A program made the translations under genes and the position numbers. A model generated the notes under the pieces. That model was not told where the DNA came from. It worked only from the letters and a program-made list of their open reading frames with translations, and did not search any database. A stretch of 63,827 nt of DNA, the filler included, from Chiloscyllium plagiosum (lineage: Eukaryota), in NCBI RefSeq assembly GCF_004010195.1. It is 3 parts of one record of this genome, joined end to end, with 100 filler letters (N's around TTAATTAATTAA, not from the genome) between each part and the next. Parts side by side here need not be neighbours in the genome. Positions count along the whole stretch, not along the records: positions 46,933 to 63,827 come from NC_057717.1; 2 more parts are not named here. One strand, given 5' to 3'. Shown in pieces: positions 62,480 through 63,827 of this stretch; the stretch's first letter is position 1; every line of letters begins with the position of its first letter.

Positions 62480-63827
62480 CCACATGAGACAATTTGGCTC
62501 GGTGGGCGTGTGGGAGGGAGGGAAGAAGCAGAGGCAGCTCATCGGATTGTCTCAATCTTATTAACAGAGAAACTCCATGTACCACTCACTCTTATTGTTG
62601 GAGGGGAGCATGGAAGAGACAGGATGATAGGCAGTGTTTCACAGAGTACTTAAAATTAGTGAACAAACCTGCTGTCCACTGAACAATCTTGCCATGTTTC
62701 AACAATTTGGTGAGTGGAGCAGCCACACTGTTCAAATTCGGCACAAACGTTTGTTACTGTTCTTTTCATCGATAGTGTGGAAAATTCCGCAATTGCTTTC
62801 GTTTTCAAAGGGCATGGGGCGATTTTTTCCGTGTCCAATAAGATGGCCCAGGAAGGTGACTCGAGCTTTAGCAAATTCACTTTTTGCTCGGTTTTCCACC
62901 GAGCTTGCGAAGTCGAATGAACAAGTCCGAAAAATGCTGCAAATGTTCCTTCCATGATTGATTAAAAATCACCAGGCCATGAACATGCACCACACAGTTA
63001 TGTAATCCAGCAATGATCTGGTTGGTCAGTCTCTGAAATGTGACTGGTATGAACGTGAACTGAGATATCACATTTAGCGTTACGAAAGACGAAATTGCCT
63101 TTGCTCACTCTGACAGAGGCACGTCCCAGTAGCCTCTGAGCAAATCCAACTTAGAAATGCAAGCTGCTTCTCCCACTTTTTCGACACAGTCGTCAAACAG
63201 CTGAATTAGATGTGCATCAGTATTTGTATACGGTGTTGACTTTGCAAGAGTCCACACATAACCGTTGGGTGTCACCAGGCTGTGGCACCATGACAATAGT
63301 GAGCTCCAGTGACTAGAACTTTCCTCAATTAAGCTATCTTGGAGAATGCATTCTATCTCCTTCTGACCCTGTGCCAACTTTATATGGTTATGCAACTAAG
63401 GATGTTGCTTAAACGGAACAACATTTACAGCTGCATCATATGCAATCAAATTAGTCCTTCCCAATTTATTTCTGCATATCTGCCTATGTAACAGTAATAA
63501 ACCTAACAGGTCATTTCGATTTTCTTGTGGAATGTAACTCAATAATGTATTCCAATTGTTGACAACTTCCTCATTGTCCACATTGAGTAGAGGAATGTCC
63601 AATCCAGAACCCTCCGAACCTGGCTCTACTTTTGTGCTGTAATCATTAACACCCTCTCCTCTTGCTTTACTCCCCAATCAAAATATCTTTTGAGCATATT
63701 CACATGACACATTCCTGTCTAAAGTCCTTATCAAGTAGTTCACCTCTCTAAATTACATGTAGATTTGATAGGTCCACTAAACATTGCTTTTAATGCACGT
63801 TGTTAGAGTTATTAGGGCCAATCTGCC
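62480..63827 (-). mobile_element. Gypsy (Gmr1-like) pol remnant: integrase C-terminus, RT, RNase H
   Basis: KAMFSGP..NYLI..CHVNMLKRY (GPY/F module, ~63690-63790) lies upstream of RT DDCVEKVGEAACISKLDLLRGYWDVPL and WKEHLQH. Confidence 0.8.

Overview
Eukaryotic, repeat-dense genomic DNA, most likely from a shark or other elasmobranch. This is inferred from HE1-like tRNA/V-domain SINEs with CR1 tails, very abundant CR1 LINEs and a GPR139-like receptor. Two artificial N44-TTAATTAATTAA-N44 linkers (20526-20625, 46833-46932) suggest at least three joined scaffolds. Host content is sparse: a two-exon GPR139/142-like class A GPCR with a GC-AG intron and a frameshift (5784-8052), and an unidentified, stop-interrupted four-exon unit on the minus strand (44672-45542). 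Most of the rest is CR1, L1, L2, Gmr1-type Gypsy, Harbinger, SINE and Penelope-like element (PLE) remnants. The strongest signal is about ten minimal type I hammerhead-ribozyme motifs in PLE-derived pieces. Several of these pieces are tiny, non-coding, TSD-flanked and/or palindromic. One (33333-33625) carries two back-to-back hammerheads with a compensatory U3-A8 core variant. All calls were made by eye, no database search was run, and boundaries of old repeats are approximate.
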